Notes: generated from the letters alone by a model not told the origin. A DNA stretch of 64,000 nt from Chloroflexota bacterium (GCA_034717495.1 JAYELL010000031.1:19669-83668); one strand, 5' to 3'. Shown: positions 47,094 through 59,020, counted from the stretch's first letter. Numbers and translations are program-made.

Positions 47094-50000
47094 ATGTTGA
47101 TCGATTCGTCTTCCCGTTTTCCCGGATTGCCAGAAAAGCAGGGTCTCTACGATCCCCGCTACGAGCGGGATGCCTGTGGCGTAGGTTTTGTGGTCAATGT
47201 CAAAGGCCGGAAATCCCACCAGATCATCCAACAAGCCTTGACCATCCTGCTGAACCTGGCCCATCGGGGTGCGCGCGGCGCGGAATCCAACACCGGGGAT
47301 GGCGCCGGCATCCTCTTTCAGCTTCCGCATCTCTTTTTCCAGCAGGTTTGTCCTGCCGCCAACATGGAGTTGCCCATGCCTGGAGAGTACGGCGTGGGCA
47401 TGCTTTTTCTGTCTCCTGACGTCGCCAGCCGCCGCGCGGCAGAAACGGCCGTGGCACAAGTGGTGGAGGAGGAGGGCCAACAGCTCCTTGGCTGGCGCAC
47501 GGTACCCACCGAAGCTGCCTCCCTGGGTGCTACAGCCCGGCTGGCAGAACCGCTCGTGCGACAGGTCTTCATTGGCCGCAATCCCGGCACATTGACCGCC
47601 GGCGATGCCCTGGTCTTCGAGCGCAAACTGTTCGTCATTCGCCGCAGGCTGGAGAACCTGGCGCGCCGGCCCGACTGGGCCGGCGGCCATCCATTCTACT
47701 TCGCCAGCCTCTCCAGTCGCACCATTGTCTACAAGGGCATGTTGCTGTCGGAGCAGGTCAAGGCCTTCTTTCCCGACCTGGCCGACCCGCGCCTGGAAAG
47801 TGCCCTGGCTGTGGTCCACTCCCGCTTCAGCACCAACACCTTTCCCAGCTGGGAGCGCGCCCATCCCTATCGCTACCTGATCCACAACGGTGAGATCAAC
47901 ACGTTGCGCGGCAATATCAACTGGATGCACGCCCGCCAATCGATGCTCGAGAGCGATCTCTTCGGCGACGACCTGCCCAAGATCCTGCCCATCATCGATC
48001 CTGACGGCAGCGATTCGGCCATGTTCGACAATGCCCTGGAGTTCCTGCATCTTGCCGGGCGCACCTTGCCTCACGCGGTGATGATGATGATCCCCGAGCC
48101 CTGGTCGAAGCACCAATCGATGAGCGACGGGAAGAGGGCCTTTTACGAATACCATGCCACGCTGATGGAGCCATGGGATGGCCCGGCGTCTATCGCCTTC
48201 ACGGACGGTGCTGTGGTCGGCGCTGTTCTGGATCGCAACGGCCTTCGACCCTCTCGTTACTACGTAACCGAGGATGACCTGGTCGTTATGGCATCGGAGG
48301 TTGGCGTACTGGATATTCCACCGGAACGGGTGCTGCACAAGGGCCGCCTTGAGCCAGGCCGCATGTTCCTGGTGGATACGGAGGAAGGCCGCATCATCGA
48401 CGACCAGGAATTGAAACAACGATATGCCACGCAGTACCCATATCGCGCATGGCTTGACCAGCATCTGGTTCCCCTGGAGGACCTGCCCGATCCACCGGTC
48501 ATGGATGGCCTTCGGCACACCGACGACATCGACGAGCCACCGGTTTTGCTCCAGGGAGCTGTCAAGACCGGGCATCGAGCCATCGTTCAGATGCAGCAGG
48601 CATTTGGCTACACCTTTGAGACCCTGCGCGTCTTTTTGGCTCCCATGGCGGAGAAGGGCATCGAGCCTCTTGGCGCCATGGGCAACGATACACCGCTGGC
48701 TGTGCTTTCCGACCGGCCCCAGTTGCTCTTTAACTACTTCAAACAGCTCTTTGCTCAGGTCACCAACCCTCCCATCGATGCCATTCGGGAGGAACTGGTG
48801 ACCTCGACCATGGTAATGATGGGCACTGAGCAGAACCTGCTGGAAACTAAACCTGAGAACTGCCATCAGGTTCGGCTGAAGACACCCATCCTGACAAACG
48901 CTGAGATGGCCAGGCTGCGGCACATTCGGGAGCCGGGGTTCAAAGCCAGGACTCTGTCGACGGTTTTCAGGCTGGCCGATGGCGGTGCTGGCCTGGAGCA
49001 AGCCCTCGATGATCTTTGCCGCAAGGCCGAGGAGGCTATCGCCCAGGGTGTTAACATCCTGATCCTTTCCGATCGCGGGGTCAGCCGCGAGTTGGCGCCA
49101 ATCCCTGCGCTGCTGGCCCTTTCCGGGCTACACCACCATCTGATCCGTGAGGAACTGCGCACCCAGGTCGCCCTGGTGGTCGAGTCGGGTGAGCCCCGGG
49201 AGGTGCACCACTTTGCCCTGTTGATCGGCTACGGTGCCACGGCCATCAATCCCTACCTGGCCTACGAGTCCCTGCGCGATATGATCGACGAGGGGCTTTT
49301 GACCGGCGTCGACTACCACAAGGCTGAATCCCAGTACATCAAGGCGGTCGTCAAAGGGGTGGTCAAGGTGCTCTCTAAAATGGGCATCTCGACGATGCAA
49401 AGCTATTGCGGAGCCCAGATTTTCGAGGCAGTGGGACTGAGCCAGGCGCTGGTTGACACCTATTTCACCGGGACGCCATCCCGAATCGAGGGCATTGGCT
49501 TGAACGAGGTCTTCCAGGAAGTGCACACGCGCCACCAGTTGGCTTTCCCGGAGCGCTTCTTCAATGGCAAGACCCTTCCGGCAGGTGGCGACTATCAATG
49601 GCGCCACGGCGGTGAGCGCCACGTGCTCAACCCGCGCACCGTCCATACCCTGCAACGGGCCTGCCTGACCGGCGATCACGACACTTTTCTGGCGTTTGCC
49701 GACATGATGAACAACCAGGAAACGGAGCACAATACGCTGCGTGGCCTTCTGGCGCTCAAGCCCTGCCAGGAGCCGGTTCCCCTGGAGGAAGTGGAGTCGG
49801 TGGACTCAATCTGCCGCCGCTTCAAGACGGGGGCCATGTCCTACGGCTCCATCAGCCAGGAAACCCATGAGGCACTGGCCATTGCTATGAACCGCATCGG
49901 TGGCAAGAGCAACACCGGTGAAGGAGGTGAGGACTCAGCCCGCTTCCCCGCCATGGACCCGCTGACGGGTGAACCTGTTTCCGAAGGAGACAACCGCAGC

Positions 50001-51806
50001 AGCGCTGTCAAGCAGGTAGCCTCGGGCCGGTTTGGTGTTACCAGCAACTACCTGGTGAACGCCCGGGAGCTGCAGATTAAGATGGCCCAGGGCGCGAAAC
50101 CGGGGGAGGGGGGCCAGTTGCCGGGACGCAAGGTTTATCCCTGGATCGCCAGGGTGCGCCACTCGACGCCTGGCGTTGGTCTTATCTCGCCGCCGCCCCA
50201 TCATGATATCTACTCCATCGAGGACCTTGCGGAGCTGATCCACGACCTGAAGAACGCCAACGAGCGGGCACGCATCAACGTCAAGTTGGTGTCAGAGGTG
50301 GGCGTCGGCACCATCGCTGCCGGCGTTGCCAAGGGCCATGCCGACGTGATCCTGATCAGTGGCCATGATGGGGGTACCGGTGCCTCGCCACAGACCAGCA
50401 TCAAACACGCCGGGTTGCCCTGGGAACTGGGGCTGGCCGAAACGCACCAGACACTGGTACTCAACAACCTGCGAAGCCGGGTGGTACTGGAGACCGACGG
50501 GCAGCTGCGCACTGGACGGGACGTCGTCATTGCGGCATTGCTGGGCGCCGAGGAATATGGCTTTGGCACCGTTGCCCTGGTCACTCTGGGCTGCATCATG
50601 ATGCGGGTCTGTCACCTGGATACCTGTCCCGTGGGCGTTGCCACCCAGAACCCTGAGCTGCGCAAGAAGTTTGCAGGCGATCCCCAGTATCTGGTGAACT
50701 ATATGCGTTTTGTGGCCCAGGAGATGCGAGAATTGATGGCCAGCCTGGGTTTCCGCACAGTGGACGAGATGATCGGGCGCACGGACAGGCTGGAGACCCG
50801 TCAGGCTGTAGCCCACTGGAAAGCCCGGGGGCTGGATCTTTCCAGCCTGCTCTATCGACCCGAGGTGCCGGATACGGTGGGCCGTTACCACCAGATCAAC
50901 CAGGATCATGGCCTGGACGACGCGTTGGACAAAAAAGTGCTGCTGGATCTCTGCAAGCCAGCCCTCGATGGCCAGAAAGAAGTACGCGCAAAGCTGCCCA
51001 TCTGCAATACTGACCGGGTTGTGGGCACGATTTTGGGCAGCGAGTTGACCCGTCGCTTCGGCGAGGAGGGCCTGCCCGAGGATACGATCCACCTGACCTT
51101 CCATGGTTCGGCCGGTCAGAGCTTCGGCGCCTTTTTACCGGCAGGAATCACCTTGGCCCTGGAAGGTGACACCAATGATTACCTGGGTAAGGGCCTGTCA
51201 GGTGGCAAGATAATCGTCTATCCGCCGGAGGAATCGGGCTTTGTGGCGGAGGAGAACGTCATTTCGGGCAACGTGGCCTTCTATGGCGCGACCGGCGGCG
51301 AAGCCTACGTGCGGGGGCTGGCAGGCGAACGATTCTGTGTGCGCAACAGCGGCGTCGATGCGGTAGTTGAGGGAGTCGGTGATCACGGTTGCGAGTACAT
51401 GACCGGTGGCCGGGTGGTTGTGTTGGGCAAAACCGGGCGCAATTTTGCCGCCGGCATGTCGGGAGGCGTCGCTTACGTGCTGGACGAAAAAGGCGATTTT
51501 GCCGGTCGCTGCAATCAGGCCATGGTGATACTGGAGCGGCTGCAGGACTGCACAGCGGACGAGATAGCAGGCGTCAAATGCATGATAGAAAAGCACGCCG
51601 AATACACGGGCAGCGCTCTGGCCTGGCGGGTCCTGCTGCGCTGGAATGAGCTGGTAGCCAGGTTTGTCAAGGTTCTCCCCAGGGACTACAAGCGCATGCT
51701 GGAGGCCTTCGCAGAGATGGATGCCGCCGGCCTCGCCGGTGACGAAGCAGTAATGGCGGCGTTCGAGAAGAACAGAGACGATTTGACCCGCATCGGCGGA
51801 CAATAA
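47094..51806 (+). CDS. gltB: Glutamate synthase large subunit
   Basis: 1570 aa. N-terminal amidotransferase CGVGFV after processing-type MLIDSS...ERDAC, FMN domain and GXGXG C-terminal domain (GGKIIVYPP...[15 protein letters not shown]). Confidence 0.97.
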   Translation: MLIDSSSRFPGLPEKQGLYDPRYERDACGVGFVVNVKGRKSHQIIQQALTILLNLAHRGARGAESNTGDGAGILFQLPHLFFQQVCPAANMELPMPGEYGVGMLFLSPDVASRRAAETAVAQVVEEEGQQLLGWRTVPTEAASLGATARLAEPLVRQVFIGRNPGTLTAGDALVFERKLFVIRRRLENLARRPDWAGGHPFYFASLSSRTIVYKGMLLSEQVKAFFPDLADPRLESALAVVHSRFSTNTFPSWERAHPYRYLIHNGEINTLRGNINWMHARQSMLESDLFGDDLPKILPIIDPDGSDSAMFDNALEFLHLAGRTLPHAVMMMIPEPWSKHQSMSDGKRAFYEYHATLMEPWDGPASIAFTDGAVVGAVLDRNGLRPSRYYVTEDDLVVMASEVGVLDIPPERVLHKGRLEPGRMFLVDTEEGRIIDDQELKQRYATQYPYRAWLDQHLVPLEDLPDPPVMDGLRHTDDIDEPPVLLQGAVKTGHRAIVQMQQAFGYTFETLRVFLAPMAEKGIEPLGAMGNDTPLAVLSDRPQLLFNYFKQLFAQVTNPPIDAIREELVTSTMVMMGTEQNLLETKPENCHQVRLKTPILTNAEMARLRHIREPGFKARTLSTVFRLADGGAGLEQALDDLCRKAEEAIAQGVNILILSDRGVSRELAPIPALLALSGLHHHLIREELRTQVALVVESGEPREVHHFALLIGYGATAINPYLAYESLRDMIDEGLLTGVDYHKAESQYIKAVVKGVVKVLSKMGISTMQSYCGAQIFEAVGLSQALVDTYFTGTPSRIEGIGLNEVFQEVHTRHQLAFPERFFNGKTLPAGGDYQWRHGGERHVLNPRTVHTLQRACLTGDHDTFLAFADMMNNQETEHNTLRGLLALKPCQEPVPLEEVESVDSICRRFKTGAMSYGSISQETHEALAIAMNRIGGKSNTGEGGEDSARFPAMDPLTGEPVSEGDNRSSAVKQVASGRFGVTSNYLVNARELQIKMAQGAKPGEGGQLPGRKVYPWIARVRHSTPGVGLISPPPHHDIYSIEDLAELIHDLKNANERARINVKLVSEVGVGTIAAGVAKGHADVILISGHDGGTGASPQTSIKHAGLPWELGLAETHQTLVLNNLRSRVVLETDGQLRTGRDVVIAALLGAEEYGFGTVALVTLGCIMMRVCHLDTCPVGVATQNPELRKKFAGDPQYLVNYMRFVAQEMRELMASLGFRTVDEMIGRTDRLETRQAVAHWKARGLDLSSLLYRPEVPDTVGRYHQINQDHGLDDALDKKVLLDLCKPALDGQKEVRAKLPICNTDRVVGTILGSELTRRFGEEGLPEDTIHLTFHGSAGQSFGAFLPAGITLALEGDTNDYLGKGLSGGKIIVYPPEESGFVAEENVISGNVAFYGATGGEAYVRGLAGERFCVRNSGVDAVVEGVGDHGCEYMTGGRVVVLGKTGRNFAAGMSGGVAYVLDEKGDFAGRCNQAMVILERLQDCTADEIAGVKCMIEKHAEYTGSALAWRVLLRWNELVARFVKVLPRDYKRMLEAFAEMDAAGLAGDEAVMAAFEKNRDDLTRIGGQ

Positions 51807-51825
51807 GAAAGAGAGGAGACGCTCT

Positions 51826-53310
51826 GTGGGAGAACCGACTGGATTCATGGAACATGAGAGGGAACTGCCGGCCCATCGTCCGCCGCTGGAAAGACTGGCA
51901 GATTGGTCGGAGTTTGATCTGCCCTTTCCGGACGAAAAACTGCAAGTCCAGGGCGCCCGTTGCATGGATTGCGGCATTCCCTTTTGTCACGCCGGTAGAC
52001 TGATCAACGGCATGACCGCGGGCTGTCCCATCAACAATCTGATTCCGGAATGGAACGATCTGGTCTATCGCGGACTCTGGAAAGAGGCTTTGATCCGCCT
52101 GTTGAAGACCAACAATTTCCCTGAGTTCACCGGGCGGGTCTGTCCAGCGCCCTGTGAGGGCTCCTGTACGCTGGGCATCAACGAGCCGCCGGTCACTATC
52201 AAGAGCATCGAACATGCCATCATCGACCGTGGTTTCGAACAGGGTTGGATACAGCCGGAGCCTCCTGCCCTTCGCACCGGACGGCGGGTCGCAGTGGTTG
52301 GGTCCGGGCCGGCAGGGCTGGCATGCGCGGCACAACTCAACATGGTCGGCCACAGCGTCACTGTCTACGAACGGGCCGACCGTATCGGTGGGCTACTGAT
52401 GTATGGTATTCCCAACATGAAGCTGGATAAGGGCATCGTGCAGCGCCGTGTCGATCTGATGGCCGCGGAGGGGATCACCTTTGTCACCAACACCGAGATC
52501 GGCAAGGATATCCCCGGTCAGGAATTGCGAGAGCAGTTCGACACCGTGGTTCTTTGTGGTGGCGCCACAAAACCGCGCGATCTGCCGGTCGAGGGACGGG
52601 ACCTGCAAGGCATTCACCTCGCCATGACATTTTTGCGGGATAACACCAAACGACTGCTGGATGGGGGTGGCGGCGCTGTCCACCTTTCAGCCAGGGATCT
52701 GGATGTGATCGTCATCGGGGGAGGCGACACGGGTACCGATTGCGTGGGCACTTCCCTGCGCCAGGGTTGTCGCAGTGTGGCCCAGTTCGAAATCCTGTCG
52801 GAGCCGCCGGGCGAGCGTCAGCTGGACAATCCCTGGCCGGAGTGGCCTCGAATCCTGCGCGTCGATTACGGCCAGGAAGAGGTCATCGCCCGCGATGGGT
52901 CCGACCCGCGAAGCTATGACATCATGACCAAGACCTTCGCGGGGGACGATCAGGGCCGAGTCAGGGAAGTACACACTGTCCAGGTCGAATGGGTGACCGG
53001 AGACAATGGCAGCCGACCCTATCCCAGGGAGATCCCCGGCACCGAACGGGTGTGGCCAGCTCAATTGGTGCTGTTGGCCATGGGGTTTCTGGGCCCGGAG
53101 GACACCTTGCTCGACCAACTGGACGTTGCACGGGATCACCGGTCCAATGCCAGAGCGGCCTACGGCCATTTCTCCACCAGTGTGGCGGGGGTCTTCGCCG
53201 CCGGCGACATGCGCCGGGGCCAGAGCCTGGTCGTATGGGCGATCAACGAAGGCCGCGGCGCCGCGCGCGAGGTGGACCGCTATTTGATGGGGGAGACCAA
53301 CTTACCCTGA
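51826..53310 (+). CDS. gltD: Glutamate synthase small subunit (NADPH)
   Basis: GTG start giving (M)[24 protein letters not shown] and [12 protein letters not shown] Fe-S motifs. [12 protein letters not shown] dinucleotide fold. Confidence 0.95.
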   Translation: MGEPTGFMEHERELPAHRPPLERLADWSEFDLPFPDEKLQVQGARCMDCGIPFCHAGRLINGMTAGCPINNLIPEWNDLVYRGLWKEALIRLLKTNNFPEFTGRVCPAPCEGSCTLGINEPPVTIKSIEHAIIDRGFEQGWIQPEPPALRTGRRVAVVGSGPAGLACAAQLNMVGHSVTVYERADRIGGLLMYGIPNMKLDKGIVQRRVDLMAAEGITFVTNTEIGKDIPGQELREQFDTVVLCGGATKPRDLPVEGRDLQGIHLAMTFLRDNTKRLLDGGGGAVHLSARDLDVIVIGGGDTGTDCVGTSLRQGCRSVAQFEILSEPPGERQLDNPWPEWPRILRVDYGQEEVIARDGSDPRSYDIMTKTFAGDDQGRVREVHTVQVEWVTGDNGSRPYPREIPGTERVWPAQLVLLAMGFLGPEDTLLDQLDVARDHRSNARAAYGHFSTSVAGVFAAGDMRRGQSLVVWAINEGRGAAREVDRYLMGETNLP

Positions 53311-53316
53311 GGGGGA

Positions 53317-53604
53317 TCAACGCCACTCATTGAGCCAGCGCACCTGGCCGGGCCATTGGTTGGCGACAGCTATCGCCTGCACGTGCACTCCCGTGCCCCG
53401 CAGGACGGGCACCGGGATGCCGTTGGCCCCGCGGCGGTAGGTGATGTTTGGGAACTGCGGGTCTCCCAGTTGTGGGTTGAGCGAGCCCACCTTTTCGGCA
53501 GTCGCCCAGAGAATGAATTGATTGAGCGAGATGCCTTGCTTACGCGCCCAGGCTTCGGCCTCTTGTTTCAGTTGCTGGGGAAGATTCAGAGAATATCGCG
53601 CCAT
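53317..53604 (-). CDS. RHH (HicB/CopG-like) antitoxin-family protein with a short DUF433-like C-terminal segment
   Basis: MARYSLNLPQQLKQEAEAWARKQGISLNQFILWATAEKV (ribbon-helix-helix antitoxin pattern), then GIPVPVLRGTGVHVQAIA (DUF433-like). ATG 53604 with SD GAGGAG. Confidence 0.5.
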   Translation of the reverse strand: MARYSLNLPQQLKQEAEAWARKQGISLNQFILWATAEKVGSLNPQLGDPQFPNITYRRGANGIPVPVLRGTGVHVQAIAVANQWPGQVRWLNEWR

Positions 53605-53754
53605 TTCACTCCTCAAAGGTATTCACTCTTGATGTTGTAGAATACATCGTTTCGCACATCGCTCCATGTGTCAATTCTCAAGCCAGCGTTCGGAAATACG
53701 GATGCGTTGAAGATGTTTCTTTGCCTGTCCACTTGACAAGAAGTCGGCAAAGGA

Positions 53755-53790
53755 AAGGCGCTGTGGATATTCTGGGAACCACAGCGCCTT
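53755..53790 (-). terminator. Intrinsic terminator of the cytochrome gene
   Basis: Perfect 12-bp inverted repeat AAGGCGCTGTGG / CCACAGCGCCTT with a 12-nt loop, 33 nt after the stop at 53823. T-rich (TCCTTTG) downstream on the minus strand. Confidence 0.65.
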
Positions 53791-53822
53791 CATGACACAG
53801 CTAAATCGATTTTCTGGCTCTA

Positions 53823-56354
53823 TTATTGTCCGGCAGGCACCGGTCCCGCCCGAGACTGGCTTTCGGTGGGCTCGGGCAGCGGTTCGCGATACAATGGCTG
53901 CTCGAATGCAACCATGGTGGTTCCAACTATCTCGCCATTGCCGGTGATATCGATAGTTTCCAGGAAATACCAATGGTCCCTGCCTGATCGGGCTTTGCGA
54001 TCGATCCAGGCATAGGTGTTGCCCCCGCTGCTGCCCGGTGTCGGGCTCGGAATGAGGGCGGCGTTCAGCCGCACTTTGCGTCCCTCCAACCCGTCAGATC
54101 GATACAGGTTGAAACCCAGGTGATCGATCTCGCTGACGGTCTCCCAGGTCAGATCTATGCCCTTTCTGCCCGGCTTGGCCTCGAAATAGGCCAAATCCAC
54201 CGCCAGGGGAACGCTGTAGATCGTCTGAGTCATCGTGAATGGCTTGGCGCCATCGACCGACATGTTGTGGGCCCACAGCTGCCAGATCGTGTCGCCCCAG
54301 GCCTTGAGCTGGGAAAAGAAGGGGTCGGTCTGAATGATGTACGAATCGTTCTCGGGCGACGGTGGGGGCAATGTCAGGTTGCCTGTGCCGTTGATCTCAT
54401 CCCGCAAGAACTCGACGAACTCGCGACTGGTGGTCTGGTAGTACAACGTGAGCTCCACGTCAGCGGCGCCCTCGCCAATGTTGATTGACACCTGATCGTA
54501 GCCGCCGGCGTTCTCCTCCGCAGTGAAATAGTCCTCGGCATCGTCGCCGTGCCATCGGGGAAGAATGAGCCGTTCCGCGGCTTCGTTCAGATCAAACCCC
54601 CTGGGCGGGATGCGGTTGTCCTTGTAGCGATCATCCGCCAGTACCATGTGGAAGGACTCATCCTCGCCTGTCAGGCTGCTGGAAGGATGCACCTCATAGA
54701 CCAGTTCGTCCACGTAGCGCTGGTTGACCTCAAGGGGTTCAGGAATTGGCACAACAGGTAGTGAAGGAGGTGTTGGATCTATATAGGGATAATTCAATCC
54801 CTTCAAGGTACCGGCAGTGTAGTCATAGGGATTGATTTCCAGAATCAGCTCTCCTGCGGCGTCATATGCCTTGATGTTCACGAACATGCGCCGGCCTTCC
54901 GGATAGCCTGAAATCAGCTTGTGGCCGGTGTAGTTTACGATACGAAAATCCAGGTCGCCGCTGGACCGGCCGTAGGTGACTTGATCGAGGGGAATGGCTG
55001 CGGCCTGCACCAGCTGCTGCCTGGACCGGTCTACCCCATCCAGCAGCATATCAGGGTCCAGTCCCTCGCCGGCGGTCATGTCCAGCGTCAGCACAGCGGG
55101 ACCCTGGTTGAACAAATCGTAGTTGGTCTGATCGTAGTTGGGGGAGCCTGGCACAGCACTGGCCAGCATCCAGGCTACCCAGGCGCTGCCGCCAGTCATG
55201 TCGTGGAACGGCTGACCACTGTTAGGATGTTCGACGCTCTCGGTCGTCGCCGGATCCCCGGTGCGATAGAGGCCTTTTCTGCCGGTACCGGCCCGGCCTT
55301 CCACATCGGGAAGGTGGCAATCCTGGCACTTGGCGATGTAGTTGTTGGCATACGAGGTCTGGAATGTGGCAGGATCGTAGGGGCCTTCCCCGGGAGCGCC
55401 TCCCTCCGCGGCAAAGGCAGATGCCATGAACTCGGAAAAGGTTCTTTCGATGTGAAAGTAACTGTAGGCCGGGTTTACTTCGGACGGCAAGGGCTCGGCC
55501 GGATCCTCTCCCAAATTCGCCAGCACCGGATTGGAGACGTCGTGACAGGAACCGCAGAAATAGCGGCTCTTGTGATAGCGGCTGTAGCCGGGATTGTGGG
55601 ATCGCGATTCAGCATCGGCAAAAGGAGCTCGCTTGAAACTGCTATCTGACGTAACGAAGAATTGACCACCGCCATTCTCATCGTAATCTTCAGGCGGCTG
55701 ATTGTTCTCAAAAAAGGGAGCACCGTTGAAGAACTGGATGCCCTGAGCCAGGGTGGCATCGCTGGCATAGGTGGCGGCTGCGGCTGCGGTCGACGGCGTG
55801 CCGCTGGCGTCGGTTTCATCCCAGTACTGCACCCACTCTTCGGGATCGATCTGGTCGTTGCCATCCAGATCCCCTTCGCGCGCACCGGTGGCTGTCTCAT
55901 CGAAGAACGGATCCCACATACGATGGCAGAAGTCGCACTGGACCCCATCGTAGTCATCACCGGCCATCAGCGAGGCATTGGGCGGATCGGAACGTCCTTC
56001 CAGCCAGCCCTTGGGAAAATGACAGCGTTCACAGAGATCCATGGCGTTGGGTGTGCCGGTGAAGCGGATCGAGTCCTGGCCGGCAACCGTCATGGCGGCA
56101 AAGAACAGGGGGTCTCGGGCCGCCTGTGCCATCATCGAGCCTATCCAGGGGCCGACAGGTTCTACCAGATCCCCTTGATGGCAGTTGGTACACTGGCGAA
56201 GATCCTCCAGAGCCACCTGGTTGGGTTGGGTCCCTGGAATACGGACCAGGGGATCATCCTCGACGGGTATGGGGTCCCAGGCGCCAGCCGCGATCAGGGA
56301 CATCGAAAAAAGTACAAGAACGAGCAACAGGATCAGTGGCGTTTTTCGTACCAT
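53823..56354 (-). CDS. Secreted pentaheme c-type cytochrome with a C-terminal Ig-like domain
   Basis: ATG 56354 with SD GGAGGG. Signal MVRKTPLILLLVLVLFSMSLIAAGA. Five CxxCH motifs (CTNCH, CERCH, CDFCH, CGSCH, CQDCH). C-terminal LAYFEAKPGRKGIDLTWETVSEIDHLGFNLYRS domain. Confidence 0.85.
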   Translation of the reverse strand: MVRKTPLILLLVLVLFSMSLIAAGAWDPIPVEDDPLVRIPGTQPNQVALEDLRQCTNCHQGDLVEPVGPWIGSMMAQAARDPLFFAAMTVAGQDSIRFTGTPNAMDLCERCHFPKGWLEGRSDPPNASLMAGDDYDGVQCDFCHRMWDPFFDETATGAREGDLDGNDQIDPEEWVQYWDETDASGTPSTAAAAATYASDATLAQGIQFFNGAPFFENNQPPEDYDENGGGQFFVTSDSSFKRAPFADAESRSHNPGYSRYHKSRYFCGSCHDVSNPVLANLGEDPAEPLPSEVNPAYSYFHIERTFSEFMASAFAAEGGAPGEGPYDPATFQTSYANNYIAKCQDCHLPDVEGRAGTGRKGLYRTGDPATTESVEHPNSGQPFHDMTGGSAWVAWMLASAVPGSPNYDQTNYDLFNQGPAVLTLDMTAGEGLDPDMLLDGVDRSRQQLVQAAAIPLDQVTYGRSSGDLDFRIVNYTGHKLISGYPEGRRMFVNIKAYDAAGELILEINPYDYTAGTLKGLNYPYIDPTPPSLPVVPIPEPLEVNQRYVDELVYEVHPSSSLTGEDESFHMVLADDRYKDNRIPPRGFDLNEAAERLILPRWHGDDAEDYFTAEENAGGYDQVSINIGEGAADVELTLYYQTTSREFVEFLRDEINGTGNLTLPPPSPENDSYIIQTDPFFSQLKAWGDTIWQLWAHNMSVDGAKPFTMTQTIYSVPLAVDLAYFEAKPGRKGIDLTWETVSEIDHLGFNLYRSDGLEGRKVRLNAALIPSPTPGSSGGNTYAWIDRKARSGRDHWYFLETIDITGNGEIVGTTMVAFEQPLYREPLPEPTESQSRAGPVPAGQ

Positions 56355-56846
56355 GCTAGACTTCCCTCCGATGCGACATACAAAAAAAGGAGCCGATACC
56401 GTACTCCCATTATAGAGGGTGGCAGGATGTTTGTCTATGATCTGGATCATAAAGTATCAAGAGCTTTGTGCGTTGACACACTGGTTGGCCGTAGCAGACC
56501 AACCGACAACTTGATAAATTCCCCGCACACCAGGAGGAGCGACTACGTCGTGGCAGATCAACTCCAGGCTCAACAACCCATTCTGGAACACTTTCGCCTG
56601 GATGGCTGGGTGGCCCTCGTCACCAGCTATTCTGTTTTCCTTGAGCAATGCGGCTTCCAATGATATAATCGTGTCACTTATCGTTCGATCAACGGCGGAG
56701 ATTGGAACCAATTCTACCTGGATACGAGGTCTACACTCCGAACGCTGATCCGATCATGTTTCGTCGGAAATTCGATCTGCCGAGAGTCATGATCGACAAT
56801 TGATTCATCGGCAGATTTGTTGCTCTGAGTGGAAGCAGTTGTGTCG

Positions 56847-57815
56847 ATGCTGACCAAGACAGCGATCTTTCAACAGCAGCTCGATCGGCCCATGACCCAC
56901 TGTGCAACTCTGACCGAGCTGCCCGATGGGACGCTCCTGGCCGCCTGGTTTGCTGGCGCCTATGAAACCTCACCCGATGTGGTGATCCAGTCAGCTCGCC
57001 TCGCACCCGGGTCCAGTGGCTGGTCGACGCCGCAGGTGATGGCTGAACTGCCTGGCCACTCGGTGGGCCAACCGGTGTTTCTCAAACGCCCCGATGGCGG
57101 GCTGTGGTTGTTTTTCGTTGGCATCATGGGCAGGGAATGGACCAGCGCCCAGCCCTTTTTGCAACGCTCGTCAGACGGGGGAGAGAGCTGGAGCACACCC
57201 GGGCGGCTGATCGACTATCCCGGGCTGATGTTCCGCAGTCGTCCCGTGATACTCACAGGACGGATTATATTGCCAGTCTACGATGAGAATTCCTGGAAAA
57301 GCCGAATGATGATCTCCGACGATGATGGAAAAAGCTGGCGGTTGACCGATCCGATAAAAACGCCGCCGGGTAATATCCATCCCTGCGTCGTCCGGCTCGA
57401 CGACGGTCGCCTTCTGGCCTATTTACGTACCGGTGGCAGTGGCGGAGTCATTTGGCGCACCACGTCCGATGACCGCGGTGACACGTGGCACAAACCCCGG
57501 CCAACAGAGCTTGCCAATCCCAATTCCGGTTTGGATCTGCTGCGCCTGCAGGATGGCTCGCTTGTGCTGGCCTACAACCACAGTGACCGGCTGCGAACGC
57601 CCCTGTGTGTGGCGTTAGCGACCGAGAATGAAGCCTGGGGCAGGCCACGCACCATCGAGGATGCTCCGGCTGAGTTTTCCTACCCAACCTTGCTGCAATC
57701 GCAGAACGGCACGATTCACATGGTCTACACCTATCGCCGGCAGCACATCCATCACGCGGCTTTCCCACAGACATGGTTGCATGAGAGGCAGAAGAGCGAT
57801 GAACCAAAACATTGA
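56847..57815 (+). CDS. BNR/Asp-box repeat sialidase-like (GH33-like) protein, no signal peptide
   Basis: Asp-box motifs [18 protein letters not shown] and [10 protein letters not shown]. Start is ATG 56847 or GTG 56829. Confidence 0.75.
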   Translation: MLTKTAIFQQQLDRPMTHCATLTELPDGTLLAAWFAGAYETSPDVVIQSARLAPGSSGWSTPQVMAELPGHSVGQPVFLKRPDGGLWLFFVGIMGREWTSAQPFLQRSSDGGESWSTPGRLIDYPGLMFRSRPVILTGRIILPVYDENSWKSRMMISDDDGKSWRLTDPIKTPPGNIHPCVVRLDDGRLLAYLRTGGSGGVIWRTTSDDRGDTWHKPRPTELANPNSGLDLLRLQDGSLVLAYNHSDRLRTPLCVALATENEAWGRPRTIEDAPAEFSYPTLLQSQNGTIHMVYTYRRQHIHHAAFPQTWLHERQKSDEPKH

Positions 57816-58734
57816 AGGCGTGATCGTTCCCATCCTCACCCTGTTCGATGAGACCGGCCAGCTTGACGCGCCCGCGATGACATCGCTGGTCGATTTTCTG
57901 GTCGAGCGCGGAATCAGCGGCCTGTTTCCCGGTGGCACGACCGGCGAGGGACTGCTTCTGTCCACGCGCGAACGGCAACGGTTGGCCGAGATCACGGTTG
58001 AAGCGGCTGAGGCACGTGTTCCCGTCATTGTGCACACCGGCGCCATCACTACCGCCGAAACGCTGGCGTTGACGGAACATGCCCGGGCCATTGGCGCCCA
58101 GGCCGTTGCTATTGTACCGCCCTTCTACTATCATCACTCCGACGAAACCTTGCTGCAACACTTCGAGCAAGTCGCTGCTGCGGTGCCCGATTTTCCAGTC
58201 TACCTGTACAACAATCCAGCGGTTGCCAACAACAGCCTGTCTCCCGCTCTGGTGTTCAATCTGGTTGACCGGTGTTCCAACATTGTCGGCATCAAGGACA
58301 GCAGTGGATCGATAGACTACCTCGCCGCGATGACATCGCTTCGAGGTGGCGCGTTTAACACGGCCAGTGGCAGCGATGGACAGATTCTTGCCGCGCAGGC
58401 GATTGGCTGCCATGCCTGCGTGTCTGGAAACGCCAATGTGGTGCCGGAGTTGGTCGTGTCCCTCTTCGACGCCGCGTCGGCTGGTGATTTGATCCTCGCC
58501 CGCAGACTCCAGCGGCAACTCAACAAAGTGCGCCGGATCGTTGAAGATGGCGCTGATCTTTCCCTGTTCAAGGCGATAGTGGTCCGTCGCGGCCTTGCTG
58601 GTTCATCTGTTGTGCGGGCGCCGCTCAGGGAGATGAGTTCCTCGCAGATCGAAAACCGGTGGCAGGCATTGTCCCGGCTGAACCTGGTGCCATCCCCGGC
58701 CGGTGATCTTCTTTCCGAAAAGGAGGCGCCATGA
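57799..58734 (+). CDS. DapA-family aldolase (N-acetylneuraminate lyase / dihydrodipicolinate synthase family)
   Basis: [23 protein letters not shown]...GGTTGEG...VGIKDSSG (Schiff-base Lys context). ATG 57799 overlaps the preceding gene by 17 nt. Confidence 0.85.
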   Translation: MNQNIEGVIVPILTLFDETGQLDAPAMTSLVDFLVERGISGLFPGGTTGEGLLLSTRERQRLAEITVEAAEARVPVIVHTGAITTAETLALTEHARAIGAQAVAIVPPFYYHHSDETLLQHFEQVAAAVPDFPVYLYNNPAVANNSLSPALVFNLVDRCSNIVGIKDSSGSIDYLAAMTSLRGGAFNTASGSDGQILAAQAIGCHACVSGNANVVPELVVSLFDAASAGDLILARRLQRQLNKVRRIVEDGADLSLFKAIVVRRGLAGSSVVRAPLREMSSSQIENRWQALSRLNLVPSPAGDLLSEKEAP

Positions 58735-58757
58735 AGTGATTAATTGTCAATGGCGGA

Positions 58758-59020
58758 GGGACCAAGGAAACAAGGACCAGGTAGACAAGGACCAGGGACC
58801 AGGTAGACAAGGACCAGGGACCAGGTAGACAAGGACCAGGGACCAGGTAGACAAGGACCAAGGATCAGGGAAACAAGGACACAAGTAGGTGCCAGGCCAT
58901 GGTGCATCGGCAAACTTGTCTACTTATTTTCTTATCTACTTGTCTACTTCCCACCTATCTACTTATCTACCTGTCTACTTGTTTACTTTTCCACTTCCCA
59001 CCTGTCTACTTCCAAATCAT
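58758..59020. repeat. Convergent arrays of GTAGAYA words upstream of the ABC operon
   Basis: Four 22-nt tandem units GGACCAGGGACCAGGTAGACAA, with GTAGACAAGG at 58781, 58803, 58825 and 58847. These are followed by seven inverted copies ([TC]T[GA]TCTAC at about 58916, 58932, 58940, 58956, 58964, 58971 and 59002). Confidence 0.85.

Noticed and set aside
47007-49001. 664-aa minus-strand ORF overlapping the gltB 5' half, plus ORF 46967-47419.
   Set aside because: It is antisense to an unmistakable GltB sequence, and it would run through the gltB leader terminator.
53671-53973. 100-aa minus-strand ORF between the cytochrome gene and the RHH gene.
   Set aside because: Its 5' part overlaps the cytochrome gene 3' end in another frame. 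Its 3' part spans the perfect 12-bp terminator hairpin (53755-53790). It has no SD or motif.
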